DNA of 64,000 bases, from the NCBI GenBank assembly GCA_964016885.1, contig OZ024742.1, forward strand, positions 174,158,001-174,222,000. The letters run 5' to 3'. Positions 63,616 to 64,000 of the stretch are shown here, piece by piece. The DNA is from Eledone cirrhosa (lineage: Eukaryota). Each line of letters opens with the position of its first letter. Within the stretch, counting starts at the first letter, position 1. Both the position numbers and the translations under genes were made by a program. Under the pieces are notes generated by a model, which did no database searches, was not told where the DNA came from, and worked only from the letters and a program-made list of their open reading frames with translations.

Positions 63616-64000
63616 GCTTTTCCAGTAAAGGCATAAAACATATTACCAAGTCATACTTGATTGCAAATGATGGCTATAGTAGAAATAGTAATCTTGTTTT
63701 CAGGAGTATGAATTAATATTTACTTCTCTTACATTTATTCTGCATGTGAGAAATCCTCAAACAATAGATTAAACTTATGGAAACTCACACTTATTCTCTG
63801 CTGCAGTTTGGATTATCTCCACAGTAATTATTTCTGTTATATATTGGTTGTCTGTAATTGGCAATATTGCCATTTTTTAATATTGGTTTCCCTCTCTCTA
63901 TCTTGCTAGCACTTTATCATATTCTAATCCTCTCTCACACTCTCTTTCTTTTTGTCTCTAGTGCTCTCTCTCTCTCCCTCTCTTTTCCTCTCATTCTCTC

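Overview
Eukaryotic, AT-rich, microsatellite-dense DNA made almost entirely of transposable elements and their debris. The SINE/RTE families and the (TA)n density look like an octopus/coleoid cephalopod intergenic or intronic region (inference). No intact host protein-coding gene, rRNA, tRNA gene or CRISPR array is supported. Recognisable content: a Penelope-like element (1-1336); a decayed full-length Gypsy LTR retrotransposon (1475-6752); several Helitrons, two with Pif1-type helicase remnants and a cluster in alternating orientation at 11.7-15.7 kb that carries a 27-bp GCGCATGCGC minisatellite; a CR1-type LINE; R4/Dong-type RLE retrotransposons sitting in (TAA)n; a CRE-like fragment; RTE 3' ends with a partner CORE-type SINE; and more than 10 copies of a second tRNA-derived SINE. 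The least explained structures are a ~530-bp tandem array with an exon-like ORF, a set of (TA)n-embedded hairpin elements with a shared tail motif and degenerate hammerhead cores, and nested inverted duplications centred on (TA)n tracts. All alignments and identities were judged by eye.
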